Source of the DNA: Blasia pusilla
Lineage: Eukaryota
Assembly: GCA_050084515.1 (NCBI GenBank)
Contig: CM114271.1
Span: forward strand, 27,590,001-27,654,000
Direction of reading: 5' to 3'
DNA length: 64,000 nt
The notes under the pieces were generated by a model, which worked only from the letters and a program-made list of their open reading frames with translations, was not told where the DNA came from and did no database searches. The position numbers and the translations under genes were made by a program. This document shows positions 23,550 through 37,241 of the stretch, piece by piece; positions within the stretch are counted from its first letter, which is position 1, and each line of letters begins with the position of its first letter.

Positions 23550-26500
23550 TGTCAAGTGTCTTGCATTAGAAAAGTGGTAAAGAAGCATAACTGGTGGAAA
23601 ACTGCTCTCACACTCACACACCACCATGGAGAAAAAATTTTGCAATAAGAGAAAGAGTGGAGGGTGTTCCCCTTCTCAATTATATAGGGTATGTACAAGC
23701 AACCCTAACCCTAATCTTAACCATAGTCTCGAGTAAGACTAATTGTGATTAACTAACCATAGTTAAGATAATGGCGCTGAACTAACTAACCAAGATTAAG
23801 CTTCCCTACTTCGTGTGAGTACCAAATATAGCAATTCAGGTGTTTGATGAGCTTCACTATAACTCAATCTTCAATAATCCCCCTCAAGCTCATATCGATA
23901 TCTCTAACACTTAAATCATTTCTAAACATCTCAAACTTATCTCTAGACAATGCCTTTGTAAAGATGTCAGCAATTTGCTGATCCGTACCTGTATATAAAA
24001 GATCAATTTCTCCTAAAAGCACTTTCTCTCTGATAAAATGATAGTGCACCTCAACATGCTTTGTACGAGCATGAAACACAAGGTTATTAACAAGCTTGAT
24101 GCTACTAATATTGTCTGCATATATTACACTAGGTCATAAGTTACTAATACCAATCTCAACAAGTAATCGATGAAGCCACACCGCCTCACATGTTGCATTG
24201 GTTGTTCCTCTGTATTCAGCCTTTGTTGAAGATAAAACAACTTTAGGTTGCTTCTTTGAATCCCAACTTATAACTGCACTTCCCAAAGTAAACGAAGAAC
24301 CAGATGTGGAGTGTCGATCAGACACGCTTTCTGCCCAATCAACATCTGTGAATCCTTGTAATTATAAACTTGGAGAAGGTTAAAATTGAAGGGAAGTCAT
24401 TATATATGCATGATGTGTCGCTAGGAAACCTTCATTTATGAATCTATGAACAGGATGTGTGACTCTACTTAATCTATGAAATTGTTGTTCAGAGGTAGAT
24501 GCCTCTAAAACCTGACTCAAGATCTGACTAGTGTCAATAGACTAAATACGTACTCTTCTCGTCTATGGACTCACATATTTAACTTAAAAATCTAGGATCT
24601 CTTCTAATTCAACGCTAGTACTTGGGGAATTTGAAGACAATGTCTATTGGTTTATAGTCATATTCTCCCCCTTAACAGACGAGTTTAGAGATGGAATAGG
24701 CTCAGATAGAGCATATAATGATTTTAGCTCATCAAAGATAACATCGCGACTGATACTAAGTTGCATAGAGGATGGAATATAGCACTTATATCCCTTAGTT
24801 CTATTAGCTTAACCAATGAATATACATCTTTCAGATTTGGGATCTAATTTCTTACGTATTTCAGAAGGAACATGAGCATAACAAATACAACCAAATACTT
24901 TCAAGATGGAAAAATCAGGTTTACTTCTTGGAGTCTTATCATAAACTCCTCTTGTTGGAATTCGGTTGATCAAGAAGACTACACACGCTACATCCTCTAT
25001 CCAATACACCATAGGCATGTTCTTCTCATTCAGCATACCTCGTGGCGCCTCAACAATATATCGATTCTTCCTCTTAGCCACTCCATTTGATATGGGGTGT
25101 AACATCAAGTCACTTGACGTTGGATGTCATTCTAACGTAAGTAATCATCAAACTCTTGAAAGATATCCTCCTCCTCCTCCATCTCAACGCAATTTTGGAA
25201 TGTGTTCTCCAGTCTGCTTCTCTACTAGAACTCTGAATGTTTGGAATATTGAGAATACCCATATATAACTAAAGAAGTCATCAATAAATGAAACAAAATC
25301 CTTGCAACCACTAAGACTATGTTGTAATGTTGTCCACAAGTCATTGTGAATCAACTCCAATATCTTGGATGCTCTTCTATCTTACTTTGGAAAAAGAAAT
25401 CTAGCTTGTTTTCAAAATTGACAAGCAGGACATACCTCTAACGTAGGAGGACTCGTTAATTTAGGAAGTCCTATTACTATATTAGATTATGAAAGACTCT
25501 GTAATCTTTGAAGATTCATATGTCCAATTCTCTTATGCCACACATTTAGATCTGTGACTTGTTGGCCACTTTGACCATACATTGTTGTTTGAATCTTTGG
25601 CATAGAAACATCTAATTTGAACATTCTGCCAGATCTACTTCCTTTGGCTATTGTAGTCTGGTCATCCATTATTTCAATTAAACAACCATTTATTTTAAAC
25701 TTCACTTGATAACCCTATTCTATTATTGTCCTATAGAGATCAAGTTTCTTGCAATGGTAGGACCATAGAGAGCATTTTCAAGAGCACAAAGACCATCTGA
25801 TGCTATCGGAACTTTACCAGTCTGCGTGATATGCTGAGTGTCATCCCCTATGAGCACAATTGAAGGATCTTTCACTGGCTCCATACTACTAAACCATTTA
25901 GCTTATTAGATCATATGATTTGATGCACAAGAGTGAATATACCAATTTGTTGTCAAATCTTTCTTGATCATTGCTCCCATATGATGAGTCATAACCAAGA
26001 AATGCTCAATTTGTGAATGTTGTTGTTCTTGGTACTGCCCTTGGTGTTATTGCTCCAGATAGTTTCGTTGTTATAAGGCTTCTATTCTCATATCTATCTT
26101 ATTTTTGAAGCAAAAATTTGCATAATGATCCTTTATCCCATAGTAATTGCAAGATCCAAGGATCCTCTATTGTTGACCTCGATCCAAACGGTTTCTACCA
26201 TCATCATCTTGTAATTCTGTCTCGTACTGATTCATAGTTGATTGAGTGATGTTATATTGAGTGTCTTTTCCTCCATAGGTTTGATATCCACCACGACCAC
26301 GGAAGTTTCTACCACGACCCCTGCCTCTGTTTGATCCATAATCTGCAAATAGCACACTCTCTTGTAGACTAGACGAGCGAGCGTTGCCTACTAGACGCAT
26401 CTCTTCACTGATTAACAATGGCACTAACTCTTGAAAGGTTAGATACTTCTCTCTCACATAGATAGAGATCTCAAAGGACTTGTAATCCTTTGGAAGGCCT

Positions 26501-27343
26501 TGAAGAGTGAAAAAAATCAGATCATCATCTTCTACTGTCACTGCAATGCTATTCAACTGATCAACAATATGTGTGATACTCAAAATATAATCATTAATGC
26601 TCTGCGATTCTTCCCTCACTTCGTTCAATTTTTGTTTCAATTGAAGCTTTATGGCCGTTGTAGATGTCTGGAACAAATTTTCTAATGCATCCCAGTCAAC
26701 CTTCGGATTATCAACATCTTGAATATGACCTATCATTGGGGAATTGATCGTTATTGAAATGTAGTGGATTACTTGCCTTGCGCGTTTGTTCCAAACGCGA
26801 ACATTCAAGTCTATTGAGTCACCTTCTGGCTTGGCCTCATCACCTATGACAAGCTCCCATAATTCTTGACCCATGAGGAATTATTTCATGTGAAACTTCC
26901 AGACATTGTAAGTTTGCTTATCTAGTTTCTCGCTTGTGATTGTTGTTGAGGAATACTCCATCACGAACAATTTCACTCACAAAAACGTAATTCCAGACTC
27001 TCTAGTGCTCCAATTGAAACATAGACCACTCTTTATCATAAATCAACCTGAAATTTGCCAAAATTGATCAATTGTATGAAAGAACTAGTCGAAATTGGCT
27101 TGTAGAGAGCAAATTGCACAACTTTTCTTCACTAATTGCACTTTCCTAGACTCAAATTGCTATTGCATGAGCTCAGAATGTCATAATTGAGCAATTTTGG
27201 ATGCATTGGAAAGCTCTCAATGAGCTCTACAAGACAATAAGAGCTTAATTGACTAACCAAGATTAAGCTTTCCTATTTCGTGTGAGTACCAAATGTAGTA
27301 ATTCAGGTGTCTCATGAGCTTGACTGTAACTCAATCTTCAATA
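23550..27343 (-). mobile_element. Decayed, internally deleted Ty1/copia retrotransposon inserted in the G2 DNMT domain
   Basis: Copia gag (26167-26874), GAG-pre-integrase WHKRIGH, integrase NGVAKRKNR..VFGC..KLDPKS, RNase H HARTKHVEVHYHFIRE. Most of RT is missing. PPT GAGGGGGAT next to the 3' LTR (23550-23876). A 5' LTR remnant ends TCTTCAATA at 27343. Confidence 0.9.
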
Positions 27344-28105
27344 CTCACTTCTTATGCATATAAAGAGGCTAGTCCGGATCCTGACTTGGTTTGGGATGGC
27401 CAGACACAACGGTTGGAGCCAAATGTTGATGAGCGAGAGCAAGCGATGAGGTTTTCCATGGGAGTGACGAAAATATTGACACTATCAAGGGCATCATGAC
27501 ATTATATCTTGGTTGAGGCAATAGACGTTAATTTCTTGACATGGATTCTCAACTTCAGAGTAGTGAAGCAACTTGGATGAGGTTGCGACAAATCATTGTT
27601 GTTGCTTTTTTGAGCCATTTCTTGAACCAAGACGGTTCAGGCAATGCCCGGGGGCCAGATCTGAGGAGATTGACATATCAAGGTTGATTGGGAGATACGA
27701 CTTTAGACTTCTTGGGATATCTTGCTAGTACATCGTGAGATGGCAGCCACAACATTGAGCGTGGTACATGGTTCCGTACACCGAGGAAAGAAGAATGCAA
27801 AGTTGGTTGCAGGGGAGCGATTAAGTTTTGTCGTTTAAGATAGTGTTACACCATAGCAACCACACATACTTGTGTGAAAGAGTCCTACAATGATCACAAT
27901 GGGGATCCAAATATGGGTCCCAAGTTGACAAGAGGAGATTGACGTCGGATACATAAGTTGTGAAGGAGTCATATGAGTAATTTTGCATTTAGTATGCATG
28001 ATTTGCAATTGGGTACGCTGAAGGGTCTAGGGATCCTCATTGAGTTGTCTAGTGACACGTGGATCTTCTGACAACCTTATAGGTATAATGATATGGAGAG
28101 GGCTC

Positions 28106-28473
28106 TATCATGACCATACGGATTATGTCATAGAGTATAGAGTGCTAGTAGAGGCCATACCTTATGTAGGGCCGTAGTGTCTAGGTAGAGATGCGATTTC
28201 ATACATAGGGTTGGGGGTTACTCAGTTGAGGGTGACTTTTCCAATAGAGCCCGCTCTTAGGTTGGAGGATATAGTGTGGAGTGTACTTAAAGAACAGTTA
28301 GTTCTTTGAGTTGAGTCTCTTGCGTTGGGAGTTAGCCTTGGTAGTGAGTAGAGCTCTTGGCTATGGTGATTCCCGCAAGCTTTGACCTGGATTCTCCCAT
28401 CGTGGAGTGGGTTTGGCTCAATTCTATGTGATTCTATACGTGTTTTATGACAGTAGGTCTTTCACGGATTTCA
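28106..28473 (+). repeat. Repeat A1 (368 bp) of G3
   Basis: Colinear and highly similar to 37350-37717; homology stops at CACGGATT(T/C)CA. Confidence 0.92.
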
Positions 28474-31400
28474 CTCAAAGAATTTGAGTAGTCTGATGGT
28501 AGCTTCGATCGTAGATCAGTAGGATCTTATTAGGGTTGATTGTGTACTCAGCCATGGATGTTCATGGCTTGTGGCCTATATTGGAGGTGGGAATCTGGTA
28601 AGTGGTTGGTTGGGAAAGAAGCGCCTTGCTGAGAGCTTTCCAACGCGCTTTAGATCGCCGGATTTCGTCAAGGGAATTGGAAGTTATCAAGGATTGAAGA
28701 TTCTGGTTCGTGTTCAAGGGTTTTTTGATGTGGAGAGCTTGGAGTGCGGAAGCTCTGCTGAAGTTCATCCACATCGGGAGAGGGTTCCTATTGCTACCTG
28801 TATTGTGATCTCATGTGAAGCTATCTGCTTGAGTGTGTGGAGTGTTGCGGATTTCTGTGTGCATGAATCTGGGCGGAAGCGCTGTCGGATTTACGATTCT
28901 GGAGGTGTATGGACAACAAGTTTGTTTGATTTTTAGCTCGGAGTAGAGAGCTTGGTTGTAGCTGATTTTTTGTGGAGAGATAGCTATGGTGGCCAATTGA
29001 ATTCTGGTCAAAACAGAGTAATTTTTGATCGAAATTTTGTGGACAGCAGACCGGAGGGGCTGGTTGGTTGGTGACTCGTCCGTTGTTGGAGACGCCTATC
29101 CTGTTGGGGGCGCCCTGGTTGGGGCTCTCTCCATAGCGAAGCATGGAAAAGCATGGCGAACGGGGCAATAGGGGCATGTCTCGAGCATTTCTCAATGTTT
29201 TGAGGATTCGAGGCAACTCGTGGTAGCTCGGGGCGAGTGGGTGTGAGAGACTGAGTAAGGAGCAAGGAGCAAGCAAGCAAGCTTGCTTGATTGGGCGTGA
29301 GGCAGTTTTTTCAGGATTTGTGAGTTGAGTGTTGCATAACTGGTCACCCATCTTTGGGCTATTCTGCCTAGAAGACGCTTAACTGCTGAATTCTTAACTA
29401 TGCTAGTGTACACACTGGTGTAGCTCATTTGGTGTTGTTTGGAGATGTGTTAGGCGCTTTATGCATCTCGGGTTTTCGGTTGATGGACCTCTAGCGCATA
29501 GTATGATGTAGCCTCTCCATGCAGGTGATATTTTTTTCAAGTGCCACTAGCACGTCATCGACCAGCGGCGGAGTAGCTATTGCGTTAGAATTGTGTGGTG
29601 GGTTCTGTGGATTCAGGGGGCGCCATGTTTGGTGGATTGTGTTACCTTGATTTCCATTTGCGATTGGAGGGTTTTCGTCGGACTTTCTGTGTTTGGATCC
29701 CTTCCATCGTTGCTTCTTTCTTGCGCGCCCATTGTTAGGGTTAACGCTGATTTCCAGAGTAGTTTTACTCCTGTATGCTACAGGTAGTGAGGCTCGAGTG
29801 ATGACCAGTAGACCATGGGAGGCTTCTTGTGGTGATGACAAGTTAGGCTGCCTACACCCATAGCTAGTAGAGCTAGAATAGTACAGCGACATCGGCGTCA
29901 CTTGGTTACTTAGTGGTGGTGATTTGGTGGTGGTGCGGCATTGGCGTTGGTCATCACAGAGTTGTCTGTTGGTCTGGTTGGGGACCGTGGTGCGGACAGT
30001 GGTGGTTTTACATGTAGTGGATTGAGGTATCGGCTACCTTTTTCACTTTCGACAGTTGATGAAGAGGAGGACGAGGGTGTTCCAAACACCGAGTCTTCTA
30101 CGTTGTTATCGAGAGTTGCAACTTCATTGATTTGGGACATGGACGGGATATATAGGGCCATGAAGGGCCCATGACGATACTTGGGTGCAATGGGCACCAT
30201 TGAGTTGGAGGAATTCATTCAGGAACGCCACATTGTTTACACCCTTCTTGGCTTGGAAGGGGTTGTTTCATCACTTGGAGGGACCACCCATGGATGATTA
30301 CCATGAGTTTAGGAAGTACCATGTTTTTGAGATTGAGGTGTGGAGATAATATTGGTCTCCAGGCTATGTGTCTATCACCCATGGTGGTATTGGTAGTAGT
30401 GCTCCTACTATGCCAGCCAGCCCGACGTTGAGTGGTACAAGTACGAGCCGGAGTGGGGTAACCACTGGAGGTACCCATGGAGGTACCAGTGGAGGTACTA
30501 GTGCCCCACCATCGTTCAGCCGGGTTGCTGAGTTCTTCAAGAGGTTGAAGAAGAACTATTAGGGAGTGAAGACAGAGAAGTTTAGGAGTCTTCAGGAATT
30601 TGAGCGAAAGACTGGTGAGAGTCTTCGTGAGGCATACACTCGTATGGGACGCTTGATTTCAGTTACCCAAGGTGTGACTGAGGCTCAGGCAGTCCAATTT
30701 TGGAATGGGATCTTGGACAGAGAGTTGCGTCGCAGGGTATGTGATGCTACTCTTATGAGTGATGATTCACCCACATTGACCCATGTGTTTGCTCTATCTG
30801 AGAAGATTGAGCTTAACATGGTGGAGGAGAGAGTGGTGACATCTGCATTCAGTAGGGATACAACTACTACTTCTCGTGTTCAACAGTCCATCTCACAGTC
30901 TCATAGTAGTGGTGGTGGTAGTAGTAGTAGTGGGAGTCGTGGGGGGTACACACGACCTCAGTCAGGTCCTAGAGGGACACTTGCGTAGAGACCATTGCCT
31001 TCATTTGCTACCCCGCAGCAAGGACAATCATGTTGGACATGTGGAGGTGATCATGTTAGGAGGTTTTGTCCCCAAGAGGATGGGAGATGGAATTTGGAGG
31101 ATGGGCCTCAGTCGGCCCCAACTCAGTGTGATCATTGCGGGAGACCAGATCATCCTTAAGAGCGTTGCTTTGATCTTCATCCAGAGTTGAGATCAGGCCA
31201 CGGCCGTGGTGAAGTAGCTCCGAGAGGCCGAGGTGGTAGAGGTGGTAGGGGTGGTAGAGGTGGACCAGTGGTTGGAGAGCCTATGGTGGCTACCCCTACC
31301 ACTACGACAAAGTCAGCTATGGCTACCAGGATTGAGCAGTTGGAGCAGAAGTTGGCTACTATGGTTGGTATCCAGCATAGAACAGGTTCGGGAGCAGGGG

Positions 31401-32790
31401 CTTCCATCTCTTATGGAGGGGATGATCTCTCTTATATGGCAAGTGCAGCACACGTTGAGGCATCAACTGCAGTTACGAGAGGAGCCACTCGAGCATCAGA
31501 GCCAGATGGTGCTATTGTGGAGTTGGACCCACACAAGGGTGAGGCTGGGAGGCAAGCTAGGCTTCCCCAATCATTCTTGTTGTCTGAGATGCTTAGGACT
31601 CCATCCATGGTTCCTTCGCAGCCTATTGAGCCTACAGTGGGGACTGAGGCATCTACATCGCGTGTAGTAGACACGGATGTAGCATCCAGTGGAGTATTGC
31701 GGATGGCAACTTCAGTGTTGGGATCCCAATTGTTTTCAGCCACGGAGCTGATGGCTTTAGGAGTTGACTTAGCTCTTGTATTTCAGCTAGCAGCCACGTT
31801 GTGTGAACGTGGGGGTGTTACTGCTACACGTGCTGAGGTGTATGAGGGTGTTGCGGTGGAGCGACCCTCTATTTCAGGTGTAGCATTAAGTACCAGTGCT
31901 ACTTGGCAAGCAACAACGGCAAAGATGGATGCATTACCAACTCGGCCACCCATTGATTGTGAGAGGCTTACACCTGGTGTATGTATGTTGGACAACCGGA
32001 GTGGGATATTCCGATTGGTGAGTCCTACAAGATAGGTGTATAGACCAAATAGATTCTTGTTAGACTCTGGTGTCCATTCTTTGATGTTGGGAAAGGCGGC
32101 ATGTATTGGTTTGGGTATTCGGAGGTCAGAGCTTGAGCCTTGCCCATTCCAAATTGAAACATCACTTGGAGGAGCCAATGATAGGTCTCAATTCATGACA
32201 CGGGAGAAGTTGTCTGTACAGTTGAGACCTGATAATGCGATTGATAGCTCCCGGTTGGGAGTACCTGCAGTGGTCACATCAGCCGAGTCATATGATGTAC
32301 TAGTTGGAGGAGCAGTATTATACCCGATGGGTTTTTAGATGGATTACTGGACTGAGACAACGTCTTATAGACCTGGTTAGCACTCCGAGGATGGACATAT
32401 GAGCCACGTTCCTGTGAGATTTATTTATGGCGTTCGACCAAGAGGCTCTTCCCCAACGGTGTTAGCATCTGTGGCTAGTTTTTGTGGAGTAGTCACTTAG
32501 CCATGAGACTTTTTGGAGGGTAACCTTTCTGCTATGGATTCTCGTGTGCATGAGGAGGTAGAGGAGGTCCCTAGTTTTGCAGCTGTGGTATCCTCATCGT
32601 TGGATGTGCCACTTTGGAGTTCAGGCGGTGCACTACGGAAGGAGGCTGATCGCCTAGTGCAGGAGGCTTGGTGTGAGGCTGTTATACGTCACGAGGAAGA
32701 GGAGGCCCACGGCGGACTCCTACTTTTGGTCCAGTAGGGTTATCCCCTTTGGATACTACACCCATTGTATGGCAATATCCGCCGGAGGGC

Positions 32791-33720
32791 ATTTGTGTGT
32801 TAGATCTCTTTGGTGGGATTAGCACTGGTTTGGCTATAGTGTTGTAGGCCGGTATTCCTGTGCAGAGATACGTGTATGTGGAGCGAGATGAGACGGCCCA
32901 GAGAGTCTCATCCCGACATATTGGTCAGTTGATGCGGAGATATCCTGAGTTGTTGCCGCCATCAGCTATTCGTGAGTACCATCATGCTTTGCCATCACAC
33001 ATTGCATTGTTAGGGATGCAGGACCTTGAGAGGGTTGGTCCTGTGGATTTGGTGATTGCTAGATGGCCATGTCAGGGTCATACACGTGTTGGTCGTGGTG
33101 AGGGATTACACGACCCTAGGTCTCGATTGTTTTGGGAGATGTTACGGGTGTTACGACATCTTGAGTTCATCGAGCACGTGCTCGGCTTACATTCTGGAGA
33201 ATGTTCCATTGTTGGGTGACACTCGGACCCGGATGATGGCGAGTGTTCATGAGGTGCGGTCTTGGATTGGACCAGCGGTGTTGTTGGATGCAGCGCGAGT
33301 TGGCTCGCGTGTACATCGTCCATGCTTGTGGTGGAAAAACTTGTTGCCTAGCGAGGTTCTACGTCGAGCATATGATGCAATGCAGCAGGATCCTTGCCTT
33401 ACAGTGGATAGTATCTTGGATATTGGGCGACTTTCTCAGGTGGTGAGGGTTATTGATCGGTCATCCATGGCAGTGGTGAACCGTGTGGGCCAGCATAGGA
33501 TGGCACTACCCACATTTGTGAGTTTTCCCTCGTCACATGCCTACAAGGAAGGTGGTCTAGAGCTTGTTTGGGATTCTCATGTGCGACAGTTGGTGGAGCC
33601 TAACGCTGATGAGAGAGAGCGTGTGATGGGATTTGCTATTGGTGTGACAGCGATTGCTTCCATTTCTGAGGGTTCACGACGTCATGTGTTAGGTCAGGCC
33701 ATGGACCTCAGTTGTTTGAC
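32791..33720 (+). pseudogene. DNMT3-like C5-cytosine methyltransferase domain in G3
   Basis: VLDLFGGISTGL (I), YVYVERD (II), VDLVIARWPCQG (IV, catalytic PC), YILENVP (VI), PAVLLDAARVGSRVHRPCLWW (VIII), ERERVMGF (IX), RRHVLGQAMD (X). Confidence 0.9.
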
Positions 33721-36700
33721 CGAGCAGCGTCGACTTCGGACTATGTCTATGGGTCTTCCACCCCTTGTGATGAGCTTGATGGCTACTTGGATGGTAGAGA
33801 CATCGGCTGGGGGCGAGGAGAATAGTATTTTGCATCCTTGGAGTAAATGGGATGTAATGGTTGGGCATGTGGAGTTGGTTGCTCATGCTGGTGGAGGAGT
33901 TATTTCCTCAAATGATGGTGTAGCTAGGGGTGTACCATCTTGTGAGGGCGTTGCATAGCAACCAATGGTGTCGTCCTCTCACTCTAGTGTGCCAGTGGAG
34001 GAGACTTGGGAGCCATTACTTGGGCCCAAGCTTAGGGGAGGTGAGAAACGACGCTTGACACAATTCCTACGTGCTTATAGGAGTTGTTTTGCCTTTAGCA
34101 TGAAGGAGTTGGGTGCTTTGGTTGGACCTGGTATACGGATTGATTTGGCTAGTGATTCGCCAATCTTCCGTCGTCCCTACCGATATAGTGATATGGAGAG
34201 GGACCTGATTCAGAGTAGGACGTTGGACCTTTTGGAGGCTGGATTAGTGGAGTTGTTGCATGGAGAGTATGCATTAGCCACAGTCATGCCTGCTAAAAAG
34301 GATGTGCATGGCAAGTACACAGATAGGCGGATGTGTGGAGATTATCGTCCTATCAATCGGCAGACCAAGGCCGATAGGTATGCCATGCCTACACCTGAGG
34401 AGATCTTTGATGTGGTGGGACAGGCAAAGATTTTCAATACTTTGGATCTTCGGGCAGGGTACCATGAGTTGCCAATTCGAGAGAGTGACAAGGCCAAGAC
34501 AACATTTTGGGGTGTCAACTGTCATGGCAAGGATGGTTTGTATCAGTGGAAATTCTAATCCTTTGGGTTGAAGAATGCACCTGCCGAGTTTCACATAGTG
34601 ATGGACAGGATCCTAGCAGGGTTGGATTTTGTTCGCTGTTATATTGATGATATTTTGGTGCTCAATAACATGGTGGAGGAGCATCACATACATTTGCAGA
34701 TTTTGTTTGAGCGGTTGAAAGCTCATGGTCTACGTTTGCATCTAGGAAAGTGTGAGTTCTTCCATGAGGATGTTGAGTACTTGGATCATGTGATCTATCC
34801 AGGTGGTTAGGGAGTTCAGCAAGCAAAGGTGGAGGCTATTGCACTTATTCCTTGTCCGGTAGATGTGAGTAGAGTTCGGGCATTCATGGGATTGGCGAAC
34901 TACTATCAGAGGTATGTGAAAGGATTTAGTACTATGGCAAAGCCTTTGAACCAATTGCTGAAATCAGATCAAGGGTGGCATTGGGAAATGATCAGGAGAG
35001 AGCTTTTGTGGATCTCAAGGCCCAGTTGGTGACGGCGCCTATCTTGAGGACACCTATCAGAGGGCGCCCATTTCAGTTACACAGTGATTGGAGTAGGTTG
35101 GAACTTGGAACGGTGTTGACACAACATGATGATGAGCACATGGAGTTTGTGGTGGCTTATGCAAGTCGTTCGAATAATGCAGCGGAGTCGCGCTATAGTT
35201 CATATGAGGGAGAGTGCTTGGCAGTAGTGTGGGCTATGGCACACTTTAGGTATTACTTTTTTGGCACACAGTTTACCCTAGTTACTGATCACCAGCCGCT
35301 CAAGTGGTTGATGGAGTCTGACAAGCTTACAGGGAAGCTTGCACGGTGGGCTCTTATCTTACAGGAGTATGACTTCTAGATGGTACATAGACCTGGGATT
35401 GCCAACCTTGATGCTGATGGGTTGAGTAGGAACCCATGTACTAGCCAAGAGGATGCAATTGGGGCTAGATGGCATGGCGAGGTTGATGAGGAGATGGTGC
35501 CAAGTTGGCATGCATCTGCCTTTTTATGTTGGTTAGGGGTGGACTCTAGTATGGAGGACCACATGACATCTTACTCTAGTCAGAGGGTAGATGGTCAGCC
35601 TTCAGATCCTAAGGTTGGAGATTATGGTACGGATCAGCGTGATATTCATGATGATGCATTGGTGTTGGAGTTCCTACGGACCAGTAGGGTGCCAGGCATA
35701 GTGAGTACCAAGGAGCGAGATCGTGTTCTTCAACGTGCTAAGAGGTATCGATTGGAGGGAACACATATTCTCCGTGTGTGGGAGGATGGTAGAGTATGAG
35801 TAGTGCCGCATTTGGATCAGAGAGAGCGCATTGTGCGACATGCCCATGAGGAGTTGGGACATTTTGGGGTAAAGCGTACGTATAGCTTACTCCTTGGTCA
35901 GTATTGGTGGCGTGGCATGCATACTCAAGTGCAGCAATTGGTGTCACGTTGTATAGTTTGTGACCAGGTGAGGGCATCATTCTATGCCCCTACACCACAG
36001 TTACACCCCTTGCCTATTATGGGGTTGGGTTACCGTTGGAGTGTGGACTTTGCGGGACCGTTATCATTGACTGTACGACATCATCGATATGTGTTGGTGA
36101 TGGTGGAGCACTTCTCCAAGTGGATTGAGTTGGTGGCATTACCTGACAAGGCAAGTGAGGGAACGGCATATGCATTTCTTGATAGAGTGCTGAGTCATTT
36201 TGGTGCACCAGCTGAAGTGTTGACCAACCAGGGTACAGAGTTTCAGGGTGAGTTTCAGGTCTTGTGTGACAAGGCGTTCGTTGATCATCAGACCACGTCT
36301 CGAGATCATCCAGAGGCGAATGGTTTGGCTGCAGGTGTGGTTTAGACGGTGAAGAGCGCATTGCGCAAGTATGGCCTACAGAAGGGGCATCTTGGAGACT
36401 GGGATATTCAATTGCCATGGTTAGCCATGGGGTATAGGTTCAGTTGCCAAGCATCCTTGGCTTCCTTCTCACCTTATTTTCTATTATACGGCCGAGATCC
36501 GGACTTGCCAACAGCAATTCGTCGAGAGTCTAGTAAGGTGGTGAACCTTGATGACCCAGAGATATGGATGAGAGTGTGTTCTCAGCGGGCAGAGCTCTTT
36601 CGGAGAGTTATGCCAACAGCCTTTGAGAATCTTGCCATTGCTGAACACAAGGATATGTTGCGGTATGCAACCATTCGGGGTGGAGGTTATTGATTCCATA

Positions 36701-36926
36701 TAGGGGAATATATCTATTTGCAGCATATTGCACCGACAACAATGGATGTGACGGCAAGCCACACTATTTTACGAGTGCGCGAGGTGCTAGCTTGTGGAGT
36801 TCTCATATTAAAGGGTCGTGATGGAGTTTTTTGGAAGGACCATATGCGTAATTATGCGCCATGTCATCTTCCAAATGTGGATGGTACTGTTGACCCAAAC
36901 TTAGTCATGATACGTGCTAGCTTGAG

Positions 36927-37066
36927 GTGCATGTTGTGTGGGTCTACTGGTAACGTAGCCCGTATATTGGTGTGTGATCGATGTTCTAGGGGTTGGCACA
37001 TGATGTGTTTGACTCCACGTATGGATGTTGTTCATACTGGAAGGTGGGTTTGTCCATGATGTACTT
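36927..37066 (+). other. PHD finger (C4-H-C3) at the integrase C-terminus
   Basis: CMLCGSTGNVARILVCDRCSRGWHMMCLTPRMDVVHTGRWVCP*C. Confidence 0.9.
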
Positions 37067-37241
37067 AGGAGAGGTAGATGACTTGATCTTTGCATGATAT
37101 GGATTACAGATGTGCGACTGATGATGGGGCAACCTAGCACCCGGCCTTCTGATTCTTGCACCCACGAAGGTGTATAGCATGTAGTAGATGTATAGGGCTA
37201 CCTGGGAGTTAGAGGGACCTAACCACCAGTTTGGGGGGCGA

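Larger units (their letters stand above)
30500..37070 (+). pseudogene. gag-pol polyprotein of G3: GAG - 2 zinc knuckles - RGG - PR - DNMT - RT - RNase H - INT - PHD
   Basis: Gag GESLREAYTRM; knuckles CWTCGGDHVRRFC and CDHCGRPDHP*ERC; protease LLDSG (32056); RT RMCGDYRPIN/YIDD; RH LHSDWS; INT HEELGH..CIVC, VDFAGP, TNQGTEF. Many point stops. Start coordinate is approximate. Confidence 0.9.

Noticed and set aside
32791-33720. Host DNMT3/DRM gene or bacterial contamination
   Set aside because: Intronless, embedded in pol at the same position in three TE copies, and decayed together with them
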